This document shows positions 13,600 through 28,805 of a stretch of DNA of 64,000 nt, one piece after another. The position numbers were made by a program, and so were the translations under genes. The stretch lies in the NCBI RefSeq assembly GCF_009914755.1, contig NC_060934.1; one strand, 5' to 3'. Numbering within the stretch: the first letter of the stretch is position 1; every line of letters begins with the position of its first letter. This DNA is from the human T2T-CHM13v2.0 reference genome, Homo sapiens. The notes beneath the pieces are model-generated. The model was not told where the DNA came from. It did not search any database and saw only the letters and a program-made list of their open reading frames with translations.

Positions 13600-14049
13600 C
13601 CCCTATTGGATTCTTCCTCCATCTCTCCTAGGGAGAGTCTAAGGGTTGGAGTTTTCTCCTTCTCTATAGGAGATGGAGGATGGGAGCTCAATGAGAAAAA
13701 TAATCTTGAGCATCTTGATACAAGCCTGTCCGTGTTTCCTCTCCACAGGGGAATGCTTGTGTATGCTTACACTGGTCCAAACACAGGAAAACTTGCAGAT
13801 CTGCAGAACACCTCCTGGGGAGGGGAAAGCTGTTTTTCACTCAAGGCTGGCTCACTTCTGAGGCCGCTGCTGGGACAGGGAACTCCTAAGGCTCACTCTG
13901 GGTAGGTCTTTGTCGAAGGGGGCATTGGCCAGAGCCCTATGAGGTGGCGGCCAGGCTAGTGAAGGAGGCAGAGCAAGCAACTCAAACCATTTTCAGCTTT
14001 TCCTTTGCAGATCCAACCTTTTAAGCATACCTACATTTACCTGCCATGG

Positions 14050-14590
14050 CAATCGTTTTGCATTTTAATGACAAATCAAGTACGCTAACTTGCATTTGAA
14101 ACGAAAGTGCCTTAAATGTCTTTGGCTGTCAGAATGAGATGTTAGGAGCTTGATGAAAAGCGAACAAAGAAGACAAAGTATGAAGCCTGGATACAGTGCA
14201 AAATGAAATAAAACCTTGTATGGCCTGTCAGGGGTGTCAGTTGATATTCATATCTAAAGCACATTATAGCATTACTTTGCAGCTCATAGCTTACTCATCT
14301 GTCTTTTTTAATTCATCACATTCGAGCCCACATCTTTTAAGTCTCGTGTGTCAACAATGGAAGAAATCTGTTAATTGACAAATGAGTGTCACAAATGTGA
14401 ATTGGTGCCTTTACATCAGCGGCAGGTGTAGTCTCTTTTGTTTTTTGTTGGATCTATTATTGGCATAAGCCAGTGTAAGACATCTGTCTTTGTCGGAATG
14501 AGAAATGACAGGCCTTCTTGGCTGTCATTGTCTTAGTGCGTGCTCATTCTGTGAGATACTGTATAAAGATAAAATGTCAGTTAAAAGAAT
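14050..14590. promoter_or_regulatory. Candidate enhancer with a TALE (MEIS/PREP/TGIF) motif cluster
   Basis: 10 TGACA/TGTCA motifs in about 510 bp of non-repeat DNA. Confidence 0.6.
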
Positions 14591-15279
14591 ATGAAAAACT
14601 ATCTGGAGGAAGTCCTTAAATTACTCAGAGAGGGGATCCGGGAATTGGGGCTGGAATTGAAATCTGAGTGTTTCAGTTTGTATCTATCACACCTATTTAA
14701 AAATAATATTTCCTGAGTAACAGGATGAGGTTATCAGGCATTTAGGAAAATGTTATGTTGTGCTGGTATAATTAGCTTTATAAGGTGGGGAGAACATCTA
14801 CCTTTGCAAGATATGAATTTATTTATTATAAGGTCATCTCTCAGACAAGTACAGAATTGTCTCAATAAAAACATTCCAGGTAGGATTCTGGGCGTTGATT
14901 TGCATGTGTTTTGAGATATTGAAATTGTTCCACTCCAATTTCTTTTTCGGTTATATTCCTATCTGAGACTGATGAGAAGCATAATGAAATAAAAAGCAGC
15001 AGTTGTAGAGTGATGAGACAATTAGCGGGGAGCAAACTGTTAGTATCACTGAGCTCCTGGTGGGTTTAGATGCAGGCGAGTTCTGGACACCTGAGGCTCC
15101 GTTGTTAACTCCAGTTGCCGCTGGTGAGAGAGGAGGCAGCGGATCTGAGGGTGGAGGAATGCTCCTGCATCCTCTTCTCTCTGCTTCAGCCCGAGCTGGA
15201 GAGCTTGGAATTTTAGAGTTGGTGAGGACAGGGTGACCTCAGCTGGGCATGTCTTGAGTATGGGATGGGTGGGCTCTAA

Positions 15280-15420
15280 GGGGTGCTTTCCAAACTTGAG
15301 CGTGCACACACATCCCCGGGGAACTTGTGAAAATGCAGTGTCTAATTCTGTAGGTCTGGGGTTGGGCCTGAGACTGAGTTTCTAACAAGTTCCCAGGGGA
15401 TGCTGACCTGCTGCTTAGAC
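15280..15420. mobile_element. MER5-like hAT relic
   Basis: 'gtaggtctggggttgggcctgaga...tttctaacaagttcccagg' MER5 core. Confidence 0.75.
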
Positions 15421-15549
15421 CTGACTTGAGCGTCAAGGAGTTCAGTCCATTCCTCCCACAGACTGTCTGAGAGGCTCCTGTAGACAATGTGGGATGATGA
15501 GCTGAGAGGAGTCTTTGGATGCTCGGGTGGGCTACACTGTTCTGGATGA

Positions 15550-16160
<611 letters not shown>

Positions 16161-19100
16161 TGTTCTGGATGATTTCTGTGTCAAAAAATTATTTCTGTAG
16201 AAATGTTTCTAGTCCCTTCAGAGCAGGCTGGGATCCATTGATTTTTCTCTAGTTCTCTGGGGCTGTAGGGGTCGGGGACAGGCCTCTCTCCTAAGTCCAA
16301 GTTACCTAGTCTTCTTCGAAGGGGTTGGCTGTGTGTGTTGTGCACATGTGCTCACTGTGGTGAGAAGGACATGTACTAATGTTTGTGTTAGCAGAAATTA
16401 TGTGTTTTTGTGTATACTCGAGTGGTGTGTTTGTGGATAGGCATGTAGCAAGACTGTGCACTAGTTTATGTGTATGGTATGTAAGCACACATGTTAGCTG
16501 TATGCTTAGGGTTGGGCATATACCAAATCTAGAGGAAAGGATGAGATGGAGGAAGGGAGGAACTTTGCCAAGAGGAGCAATAAGGCTCTGTAGCTGATAC
16601 TCATTTGGATAATCAGATCGATGGGATATATGTGAGGAAGAAAGGAACGGCATGAGGATCTGCTGCTGGGGCTAAAATGGAGTCCTTTGGTGTCATTAGT
16701 CTTTGGTAAACATATTTGCCTCCAAGGTTCCTCCTGGCACACTGCTGTGGAGCTGACTGCAGTGTTTATTTTCGGATGGAATAGACCCCCAGCAAAGTTA
16801 GACAATACTACTGGGATCAGGGGAAGTCCTCAAATTATCATCAGAGGATCAAGGAAGGGCAAAATATGTGCAGCCTCAAGGACAGACACTCTCCCTTTTC
16901 TTTTTTATTTCAGCTGGAGCCATGACTCAAGAGAGCACAAAGCCACCTCTTTTCTTTTCACGTAAACTAATAATGAACTAATGAGTAATTGGGAGGATGA
17001 AACTGGTATTTTGCTGAGGGAACTCAGGAAAGCTGATGGTTCTTTTTCCAGACTTTTCGCTCCTTCCCTGGGGCCTCTTCCTTCTTCCTTTCAGATTCTG
17101 TGTCCCACAGACCTTTTCCTGGCTGACCCTTAAATGCTCTGCTGTGGAGGAAACTTTAATTTTGTTTTTAAAAGCAAAACAAGGCTTACCTGAAGAGGAT
17201 GAGGCAAGCCAGAGAGGAAGAAAATCATCTCATCTGAAAAAGCGATCTAAGCTGTAGCAGAAACCCTTGTCACTGTAAACTAGAATGGAATGTTTTTGTC
17301 ACGTGGAGAGAGGCCCATTTTGCTTTCTGTGGAGGTACATTAGTAAAAAGGAAGTTGCCAGAGTATACGTGTGTCCTTGCACATGTCTTCTGTTCGCCTT
17401 CTAAAAATGGGCAAAGCACGCACATCTATCTTGTGTTTATCCATACACAGGTCTGTGCATGCAGACACAGGCCAGATCCACATGCAGACATCCTTTTGTA
17501 TGCATACTGTGGGACTAGGTACATAGGAAGACCATTTTACGTGCCCTCTCTTGGTTTTTCATTGCCAGCTGTCACGGAGAATCTGAAACAGAGAAAAATT
17601 TATTGGGTAGTATTTAGAAACATGTCGGTGGTAATGACTGCAGCTCTGATTTCAATTAACACCCACTAAATTTAGGCGAATGCAGCGCATTTGTAGACCT
17701 GTTGAACATGCTTGGCATCACGTTGCAAAAATCTGAAGTGGCCATGGTTTAAAAAACATTTCATGCTGACCACTGCTTTCATCCTTCCCCCCTTCCCCCA
17801 ATCTGGCATATGGTAGCAGGCTCCCCTGTGAAATGTAGAAACTTCAAAATTCTCTCAGTTTGGATTTTTATAAAATGACCTTTCAATTGCAGAGAGCACA
17901 GTTAAAGTTTTAGCGTCCAATCTTGCTTAATGAAATACTACTTTGGAGTTCATAATTCATCATTTCTTACACCCTGCTCACCCCCTTTTCTGACTATTTG
18001 GGTGAAAACAGCTGGGGAAGTGCTGTATTTTATGATTAAGGCACTAAAAGATTAGCCATAGGCACTGCCCATCCATGGGGCTACAGAATTCAGGCTGCTG
18101 ACAGCAGATCTGTTTTGAATCGGACTCAGATTAAAGTGAGTGAAAATCATTTGGGGGCTAGGGTTCGAGAGGTCACACATGTGATGAATTGTGGGTGCTT
18201 GCCTGGCTTCCCAGGCGAGAACCATAAGCAATTATTAAATGCCATTGTGCGTCAGGAAGGGTTGGTTGGTGGTGACTTTGAAATTTTCCAGAAGCAAGCC
18301 TGGGAGATTGCAAAAGGTAGTGTAAAGTGTTGGATGGGAGAGGATGTGGAGGGCTGTTGCTTAATTTTGGGGGAGATTTTTATTCCCTTCCCATCTTTGG
18401 TTTTTCCTGGGTCTGTAGTGATAGAACCATCATTCCAGGGGGATGGGGTGGGTCTGTGGGGGAAGCCTCTATGGTACCTTTTTTCTTTGCCTGATAAGTT
18501 CTTCAGTTGCCCCCTGCTTTCTCTGGGTGCTGTGGGAATTAGTGGTTTTCCACCAGCCTTGGGCTGTTCTGTGAGCATTAACATACCTTTATAGACAACC
18601 TCTTTTTCATCCACCGAAGCCATCTCGAGCTACCCTGGCCAGCTATGCAGCCAGCAGAGATTGATAAAAAGTCTGGGCTCATTCCCTCCTGAAGGTGCAG
18701 GGCTTGGAGTGTCTTGGATAGGTGAGGCTGTGCCCTGCCCCCTCCTCAGCATTTTCCATCTGAGGTGATGTGGCTGATCCCTTTGGACCAAGTCCAGAAA
18801 GCCCTTTCATCACAGAAAGGAAACTCCCCCTACTGAATCTACCCTTTTCATATTTGACCTGGATCTCTCCCACCTCTAAACCCTCCCCTCTTCCCTAGAT
18901 TCTCCTTTTCTAGCTTTTGGGAATAAATCTTTCTGAAAAGGAAAGAAAAAATTAAAAAAAACCAAACCCCAAACTCAAATAGGTTTAGTTGGTGATTTAG
19001 CAGTTTTTTTTTTTCCAGTGACTCAGTTGATTTATTCAGCAGTTACCAAATGCTTGTTGTGTGTGATGTGGGGGCTTAGGCATTAGAGATGCAAAGATGA

Positions 19101-19739
19101 CTAACACCTAATAGAGGAGACATGAAGAAATAGGTGACTGCAACCCAGCCAAGGGAGGACATCCTGAGGGATGCATCAAGTACGACGACGTGGACATATG
19201 GCAGTCGGCCCATCCTGGAGGGGGTGGAAAGGGGTCCTGGAGTCAGAGTCTGAAGCGACCAGTAGGCTGAACCGTTCAGGAGGCTGAGGAGGACATTTCA
19301 GGCAGAAGGGCAAGTGTGAGCCATGGCAGGGAAGGGTGGAACAGTTGCAGCCAAGGCTTGGCTTGCCCTGGTGAGTGACTTCCCCACCTGCCATTATTTG
19401 ACCAGCACAATATTTGGCCCCTAGTTGTCTCTGTTTATTCAGAGAGCACACACTGAGTGTCTAAGTTGTGTGAGTAACTGTCTTAGGTGTTTGAGAAGAA
19501 GAAGACCTCGCCCTCTGTGCCTCTTATTTGCCCCTGCTCTTCTTTCTCTTCTTTTTCCCTCCTGAATTTTTCCCACGTTTTACCTCTCTTCAAGATAAGG
19601 AATTGGGTAGGAGAGGGAAACAAAGGGTGTGGCCTCCCCAACAAGTATCTAAAGTGATGGGTTCCTGGAAGACCCCATGCTTGTGTGTGGATAAATTGTG
19701 GGGACAGGACAGTATACCAGACATCAAGATCGCAAAGTT

Positions 19740-20183
<444 letters not shown>

Positions 20184-22227
20184 TCAGTAGTCTGGAACCA
20201 GGCAAAAGTATTTGATTTTAGGGGAGAGGTTGGGGCATTGATAATAGCCCCAAAGGACTTCACATAAATGGTTGTCGGTTTCCCCCATACATAAGTTCCT
20301 TTGCTTCCCGTGGTCTTTAGTTAACTGAATCCTTTTTTTGGGGTGCGGGGCGGGGTTAGGGAAGACTGTTGGCCATATCAAAGGATGTAAAAAGAAGGAC
20401 CATTAGGACTCCCATGCTATCTTCATTTCTTTGTTATTGTGTGGTCATTGCATGTAGGGGACAGGGCAGCTATAGTATCTAATCACAGAGATCTTTCTGG
20501 AAAGAGCCCTTCCAGAAGGAAGATTTGCCTTAAGAGATACCCAGGGTGATGAAACAAACACCTCAGCAGTAGACTCCCCTTTGCTGTGGCCCCAGTGCTC
20601 ATGGGTTAGAGGTGGTTTGGAATTTTCTTTTGCTCTTAAGGTTCTGCACCTGAAGTGATGCTAGTCACTTTTTGGTCCAATAAACTTGGAATAAAAGGAA
20701 ACTTTTTTTTTCTCCAGAGTAGGTTTTCACAGGTCTTTGCGGGGGGCTGTCGGGCACAGGATTTGGGAAGGGTCAGGGTGGGAAGAGAATGCCAAGCCCT
20801 GCTGGGGGTGGAGTGGGGAGATAGGGGCCTGTCTGCATTACTAGTCCATGGCGGCCGTCCAGCCTGTGGCCTCTCTTGCACAAAGGCTTCGTTCTGATTA
20901 ATGGCACTCATGTCTTGGAGGCATGGATTGTATTAGACCTTGTTTAAAAGTGCTCGCTATACATTCACTTCCCCTGGAAGTGCACCAAACTAGGACGAGA
21001 GGAAAAAAGGGAGCAAGAGAAAGGCCCTGCATTTGGAAAGAGTAGACAGAAAAGCTTTTTTTCATAAATGCTTTCTGTAACTTTCTGTGCTCTTCAAGGC
21101 ATTATCTCTGCAGAGCTCCTATGGGAGAGCATGGGGAAAAAGTGAAGACAGACGTCTTGGGAAAGAAAATGGGTTTCCCTGCCAAAACTGGGAGATGGTG
21201 CTGGCTCTCTTGGCTTTTTAGAAACTCCAAGAAATCTGCTGACATTTTAAAGGAAAAAAAAAGAGAGAGATGATTTATGATGACATCACATGTTGCCCAA
21301 GCAGATCCTGTGAGAGGAAAATGGCTTTTATAGAGAGCATGTTGCAATAAAGAAACAGTGAGTCACTGGGGGAGCATCACCAATTGAAATGCCTTCAGTT
21401 ATTTGCCCTAACTGGCCCCCAGTGCAACCAAAGACATTGGCAGCTTCTGGGGCCTTGCTCTAAAGAGATTCAGCTCTAAAGAGAGCTGAACCTAGAGCGT
21501 GTGCTGCTTTCTGTTTCCACATCTCCCTTTCCTTCCCAACCCCTTTCTGATGACTGATTTCATCCTGCATTTGTTTTTAGCTTCCTGTCAGCTAAGGTGG
21601 GTGTGCAAGTGTTGCACTGGCTGCCCATGTGTGTGAGTGTATGTGCGTGTGTGTGTGTGTGTGTTTGTTGAAGGGTGTGCCACCCCATGTATCAAGTGGT
21701 GGGCAGTGGAAGAGGATGGTAGCATGAGGGGAGCCAGAGACTTCCTTGCTTTCCTTGGAGTTGCAGAACAATGCTAGACTTTTGCAGAGGGGTGAGTGTT
21801 TCTGCCGTGCTTGGAAGAACCTGGAGACTGGTATGGGATGAGGGATCCAGTGTGAGGCCTATGGGTGCACACGGCCTTCTGGGCCTAGGAACCATAGTAA
21901 CTGTGCTTTAAGCTTCAAACAAGGTGCAGAGCTTGGTGTTGGTCTCCATGGACTTCTCTCCTCTTGGTTGTCTATTGTGTGTGGTGGCTCACCACCTGCA
22001 GGGCACTAACCCTGAATCAGCAATAGGAAGGAGTCTAAGAACTAGTCTTTGGTGGCCCCACACTTCTGGTTCTTGGATGCACCTCTCCCCTTTAATAATA
22101 CTTTTCCCTCTTTTCCTCAAGACTCTACTACCTTCCTGCATTTCCTCTGCCACCATCAACATGGTTTGAGGACCAGGTCAGAAACCCTTTTGTATTAGGG
22201 TTGAGTTGCCAGAATAAGTTCTGCCTA

Positions 22228-22614
<387 letters not shown>

Positions 22615-24369
22615 TCAGGAAGAGGGGTCTAGGGTATCCTTCTGAGATGTGGGCTGGGCCAGTGGTGGTATGGAGCAGGTAGTTGGTTGTGCTGGCTGTG
22701 GCGTGGATGATGCTTGTCCTTCCCAGTGCCAGAGCTCACTTCTCTGCAGGGCAGGTCCCTCCTTGTAGGTGCCCTCAGTCTGAGCAGCCCCACTCATTGT
22801 CCGTTGGAACAGTCACGTCCCAGGGTACATAAGGTTGTGGGGTCCTCTCCGAGGAGAAGGGCCGCTTACTTCCTAGGTGATGGTGAAGATGTCTGCAGGT
22901 GTCAGCACTGGTGACTTAGGCCAGCCCTGCCCTGCTTTCCCATACCTGAAGGATTCATTCCAGATTGGGAAGTCTTTGAAGCTTTGGGTCTTCCCTGTTG
23001 AATCCGCAGCCCTGGCCCAGCACATGTGCTTGGTGCAGAGCTGCTGCTGACCTCCCTCATGGGTGGGTTGGTTTGTGAGCTCAGAGCTTGCTTCTGGGCT
23101 CTCTGCCTTGAGCAAAGAAGCCAGATTCCAGAGAGGAGAAGGAATGATTACAGTCACGTTCTTGGTGTCTTCTAGGGACAGACGTTTTCTAACTGCCTTT
23201 TTAACAACCATATGTAGTGGTAGTAATAAACCACTTATAATTTCATCACCTTAATTCAGCTTTTTTTCTGGCGGGGGGGTGGGGTGTGAGTGGGGTGTGG
23301 TTCTGGTAAGCAAAACACAGCTCCTGCCTTCAGGAAGTTCATCTGTGTTTAAAAAGCTTACCTTTTTTTTTTTCTGTTGAAAACCATAATTCTACCCAAA
23401 GAGCCGTGTCTCACCCTGCATACATTGTAGGAGTTGGGGGAGTTGAACTTCAGCTTCAAACCAGGCATTTAAAACTTTTAGCAACCCTAAGGGATTGTTT
23501 CTGCGATCTCCCTCTGATCTTCAGGGAAATGGAGGCAAAACCTGCCTAAGGACCTACAGCTCCTAAGTAGTGGAGTCCCAGTATTAGACCTGGGTTCTGT
23601 CTGTTCCGAGCCTGTGCTCCCTCTGCCAAACCAATCCCTTGATAATGCTACATACGTTGTTTTGAGTTCTGTTGTTTTTCACTTAATGTATCAAAAGCAT
23701 TTCACTGTGTTTCTATAATATTCATGATAATCTTTTTAAATGACTACATGATTTTTTACCTCATGCTGACGTACTTTAATGTAAACCAGTCCCTGAAAAG
23801 TTGAATGTTTATTTCTAATTTCTTTGATGTTGGAAATCGAGTGGTGAGTTCTGAAACTCCCTCTTGTCCCCTAAAAGGAGCAGCTGGCCTGGTGCAGATG
23901 TAGCCTTTTGAGGGTCTCCATGTTTGGGGAATGTGTCTCCCTGTGTCAGGGAAGGCTCATAGAAGGAGAGCTTGGATTCTTATCCTTGACCCTCTGGCTT
24001 CTGGTTCAAGACATACTTCTTTGCTGGGCCCTTCAGAAACCCCTCATCTTCCCCTCTTCCTCAGGGAGAGCCAAAATCATCTGCCAGGTCTCTTTTTACC
24101 CACCAGTTTGATCGTCTTACTCCCTAGTCCCAAATCCATTCTCTATGCTTAAAATCCTTCCTGCCTTCCCTCTTCCAAGTCTTCTCTACCCACTTCTGTC
24201 CAGCTTTTAAATCAGCTCAACATCTATAGCCTCCAGTCCCTCTGCCAATGTTGATTTCTCCTTGCCCCAAACTCCCTGAAACTCCACCCTTTTCAACTTG
24301 ACACCAAATTGCAGACTGTCATATGAATTCCTGTCTCCCCAAAACCAGGTAATGAAGGAGGCAGAAGGG

Positions 24370-24560
24370 CCTACCATTTATGCGCCCATTATGTACCAGG
24401 CACTGTCCAGCTCTTGTCTCATTTAATCCTCGTAACGACCCATTTGAGGTGGGATTCATTATCCCCTGCTTACAAGAAGAGGGGTTAAGTTGTTTGCTCA
24501 AAGTTACCCAAGCCCAGGCAAGAGGAAATGAGTGTCATGTAAGTGGCAGAACTCCCAAAT
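24370..24560 (-). mobile_element. MIR SINE
   Basis: 'tctcatttaatcctcgtaacgacccatttgaggtggg'. Confidence 0.75.
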
Positions 24561-25619
24561 GGCAGGGACAATTTCTTTAACTTCTTATCCATTCCCTTTT
24601 ATGATCAGTGTGCAGGGCAAATAGAGAGCACATAGTAGCTGCTCATTCAATGGTTATTGAGTTGCGTTATTGGACAGTTTCCTTTATGGGGATGAAAATT
24701 CCTCCTGTGCACTGCTGAATCAGGACAGAAAAATCTAGTCCATCATGTATATGGTGTATGCTTTTCATTTCAAAGAGTGATCTCTGCAGTTTGGCAAGGG
24801 TCAGGTATTGACAAGAGATGGAGAGGAGGGGAAACATCTTGAAGCTGCCTTTTGCCCTGAGCTAGAGCAAAGCCCTACATCTGTTCTTTGTCTTTGTTCT
24901 TCAGTTTCCCTCTCTTGCTGAGGTCCTAACAGGAAGCAGGAGGGTGGGCGTGGCCAGATCTTAGAATTGAATGATCTGGGCTTAGGCATTCAGGGTTCAG
25001 AGGGCTTTGGCATGAGAAGGAGATTGGCATGATCTGCCGTGTTGGTCACCTTTAGCTTTGAGTGTCAGATCAGGTTTACCTAGCATGGGGTTTGGTCTGT
25101 GCAACAGTTCTAGAGGTTTGCATCTCTTCTTCCCCCATGATGGACCAGGAGAGAGAGCTGTTTTGACACCAGATTGTTTGGGAAGCTTTGGGAAGCTATG
25201 GAGTTCTTTCCTTTTGCTATGACCTAGTTCTGGGCTAGTGATATGAGATTGGATGTAAATCAAAGTGGGGCCCAATCAAAGGTGTATACCAAAGTGGGGG
25301 GAAACCTGGAGCTTTACTGCAGAGGCCAGCATAACATGTCATAACAGAGTCAAGGATGAAAGCTCCAGAGGTGGTAAGGGCTGTGTGGTGGGAGCAGGGG
25401 GCGGTGCTGAAGAGCTAAAGGAATATAGAGATGGGTACTCTACAGAGATGACAGTAAGTGTTACTCAAAATAAGTGTGTCTGGAGGTGATGCGTTTCCGA
25501 AGTTCAGTGATTTCTCTACATCAGGATCTCCCAGAGCCTTGCATGCCAGTCTTGCGGTGCAATCTCCCAGCAGTGGCTCAGCAGCCTGCATTTGGAGGTG
25601 GAGTTGGTGCATCTGCAGA

Positions 25620-25850
25620 AAGTGCACTTAGGAATGTGGGCTCCAAAGGCAGACTGCTCAGGTTCAAATCTCAGCTCCATGGATGTTTGTTACCATGATG
25701 CTGGGTGAACTCCTTAACATTTCTGTGGCTCAGTTTCCTCATCTGTGGCATGCTGGTTGTGAGGATTAAATGAGGTGATGCTTGTAGGCTGCCTGTGTAG
25801 TGTCTGACTTATGGAAACTGCTCAGTAAGTGTTAGTGGCTGCTCTTGTTT
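25620..25850 (+). mobile_element. MIR SINE
   Basis: Core 'ctcagtttcctcatctgt...gtgaggattaaatgag'. Confidence 0.85.
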
Positions 25851-25907
25851 GTGTCATCATGATCATGGTCATCATCTCACCAGGGACCAAGGTGACTTTG
25901 CCCTAGA

Positions 25908-26100
25908 GCAGTGGTTCTCAGTCTGTGCCCCATCCCTGGCATCAACATCACCCAAGGGTTTGTTGGAAATAAAACATCTTAGGCTCTATCCTATTGAGTA
26001 TCAAGTTTGGTAGGTCTGGGGTGAGGTCCAAGAGTTTGCATTTCTAACAACTTCCCAGGTGATGCTGATACGCCTGGTTTGTGGACCACGTGAGACAACA
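25908..26100. mobile_element. MER5A-like hAT relic
   Basis: gcagtggttctca start; 'tttctaacaacttcccaggtgatgctgat'. Confidence 0.8.
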
Positions 26101-26332
26101 TCTCCTTGCATTGCGTTCCAAGTAATATCATCTAGAACATGCAGTTGCATACACTGTTCCTCCCACTCCACTATTATCTCTTCTAATGGTTAGATGATTT
26201 CTTAGCCAGAATTCTTCTGAAATCAAGGATTCCTGTGATTAATGCAGGAATACCTGGTATCAGGATGAACTGTCACAAAGAAGTAAGGCAGTGAGTGTTT
26301 CCTGCTCTTTAAACCAGCCTTGTTTGTGTATG

Positions 26333-26657
26333 TGTCTCAGTTGGGCTGCTATAACAAAATACCATGGACTGGCTGGCTTATGAACAGCAGAAACTTATTT
26401 CTCACAGTGCTGAAGGCTGGGAAGTCCAAGATCAAGGGACTGGCAGATTCAGTGTCTGGTTTCTCATAGATGGCTGTCTTCTCACTTTAGCATGGCAGAA
26501 GGGGCAAGGGGTCTGTTTGTGGATCCATTCATGAGACTCTGCCCCTATGACCTCATCATCTCCCAAAGGCTCTGCCTCCTGATACCATCATCTCGAGGGT
26601 GAGGATTCAACATGTGAATTTCAGGGAAGGTGGGACGCAAACATCTAGACCCTAGCA
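26333..26657 (-). mobile_element. ERVL-MaLR solo LTR (MLT1A/MSTD-like)
   Basis: 'gggctgctataacaaaataccat...gggaagtccaagatcaagg'; TG...CA ends. Confidence 0.85.
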
Positions 26658-28805
26658 GTACAGGTTAGACTTGCTACTACAACAGACCCTCTGTCAGGTG
26701 ACTTTGGTACAAGGCAGTTTGCTTTATATCTGGGAGGGTAGTCAGAGTGGGATGTATCCTGAACCCCTCATTGTAATACCAGTGCAGTTTGTATTGTGTC
26801 CTATTTCTTGGGGGCTGGCCCCTTCAGTGGGTTGTAAGACGTGTGTGCATGTGAGTGTGTGACACAGTACTTGATGAATTTGAGAAATGTGGCCTTGAGG
26901 TGTGACCCTGAAGACCCCTGCTAGTGTCATTTCCTACGGGAAATTGTCCCTAACACTTGGCGCTGGTCTCTTTAAAGGTGTGTATCTCACTGCAGGGCCG
27001 GTGTTGCTGTATTTCACTGTCTGCCCACCATACTCTGTGTTCATTGAAGGTGGAAACTAGTTATCCATAGCCCAGCACCTGCACATAGTCATGTTCAAAT
27101 GTTTCTCTTGAGAAACACTTAGTCTCCTCTGAGGACATAAGCATAAGAGCCCCATGCTGTTGCTGGGGTCCTGGGAGAGCACTGGAGATGAGCATCTGAT
27201 GGGGCCTGATGCTGCACCCCTGGTTGGGCACATGTGGAATTCTGAAGACCCAGGAGGCCATAGTGCTTCAGTTTTCTCCCTCTGGTCCCAGTTGCTTCCT
27301 TTCTGGGTTTCCTGGGGAGATGGTCCTCCTGTGAGGCCTCTTGGGAGGCTGTCCCTGGAGATTAGCATGGGTGTTGGGTGGCTAGAGCCCATGCCTTATG
27401 GACGGGGAGGACCCAGGAGCCTGGGTGAGGAAGGAGTCGTGCAGGAGTCAGGGGCTGTTTTGGGGGTAAGCCTGTCCTCCTCCCTGCTCCAATTTTCCTA
27501 ACCAGTGTGTTGATTTCAAGAACCTGGGACTGCTTCCGAGAGATAATTGGATCACTGAGTCCTGCTCATTAGTCAAGTAAAGTAGTCTTTGCTAAAGAAA
27601 CCGGTGAAGGGCTGATCGTTGAAGCCCATTGTTTCAGGTAATTCATGGTTTGGTATCTAGGCTCCTTTGAAGTAAAAAGACTCCAAAATATAAACCTTTC
27701 TCCTATAATAGAATCCTCTCGTGTTATTTAAATCCCAGGGTTTTACATTACAATAGTCACCCATCAGGCTTGGAGAGAAATGGAACTTTCTCTGACAATA
27801 CATTATGTGGTGTTCTTGCTGGCTTAAAATTAAACCTAATCAGGAGGTGTCACTGAAGTTTGTGCTGAGTAAATGATGGAGCATGAAATAAAATGATTTA
27901 TACCACTTTTCCCCCCAATAGGCAGTGATTTTTAATGTTTTTCTCCTTCCGAAAGAAGGCGTGGGTGTTGAAAGTGATTTTTGATTGTTTTTCTTAAGTG
28001 GTCCAAGACCACAACATTCTAAGAGCCGCCCTCCCTTCTTTCCCACATGGTTGACTCTTGCTTGAACTTTCACAATTTGCAAACATTAGAATGTTCTGAC
28101 AGCTTCACTGGAGATTCTCTAATCTGACCCATCAGAATGGAAATTGGAGGCCAAGCCTTTCAGGAGTTGCTGGAATCTGCACTTAAAGTGGTGTGATCCA
28201 AGTCTTGTTCTCACTGGGTTTCTCTTTCAAGACAATTGCACTAGGGTTAAGTTGATTGGTTTTATGGCATCATGTAAAGTTAATTTTTTAAAAAATCATT
28301 GCTTGTGAACTTGGGGCCCTAAATAGAAATATTTTGCACATGTGTGGCCCCAAGCTCTGTGAGGGAGTGTAGTAACATCAGTTCTCCAGAGGACGTGAGG
28401 CAGGGGTGGATGCTGCCCTGCCCTCCTACCCCAACTGTTTGCAGACTCAGCCCATCTAATTCCTCCTTAAATTTGTTCTTGTCTCCTTTATCTCAGTTAG
28501 TGGTGCAGCCATCCTCCTGACGCCCTAGGTTCACCTCTGAGTTCATGTTCTCACACCCTTAAGGATCGCCATGTCTGCCCCTATCTCCTACACCTTGCCA
28601 ACAAAGCAGGAATTGCCTAGAGTCACGGTCTGATCCCAGTTGCTTCCCTGCTCAAAACTGGTGTCTGTAGAATCTAGGCCAACCTTGGAGCCAGCAGATG
28701 ACTTTTCTAGCTCAGCTTCCTCTTTACCTGAGCTCCAGCCACATGAACTGACTCAGTGTGTCTTGTGTTTTCCCAGCTCTTGGTGTTTGTTTATGCTGGA
28801 CCCCT

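Noticed and set aside
16330-17520. TG-rich (16330-16510) and CA/TG-rich (17360-17520) patches as another inverted pair
   Set aside because: Only short low-complexity complementarity by eye; no extended stem.
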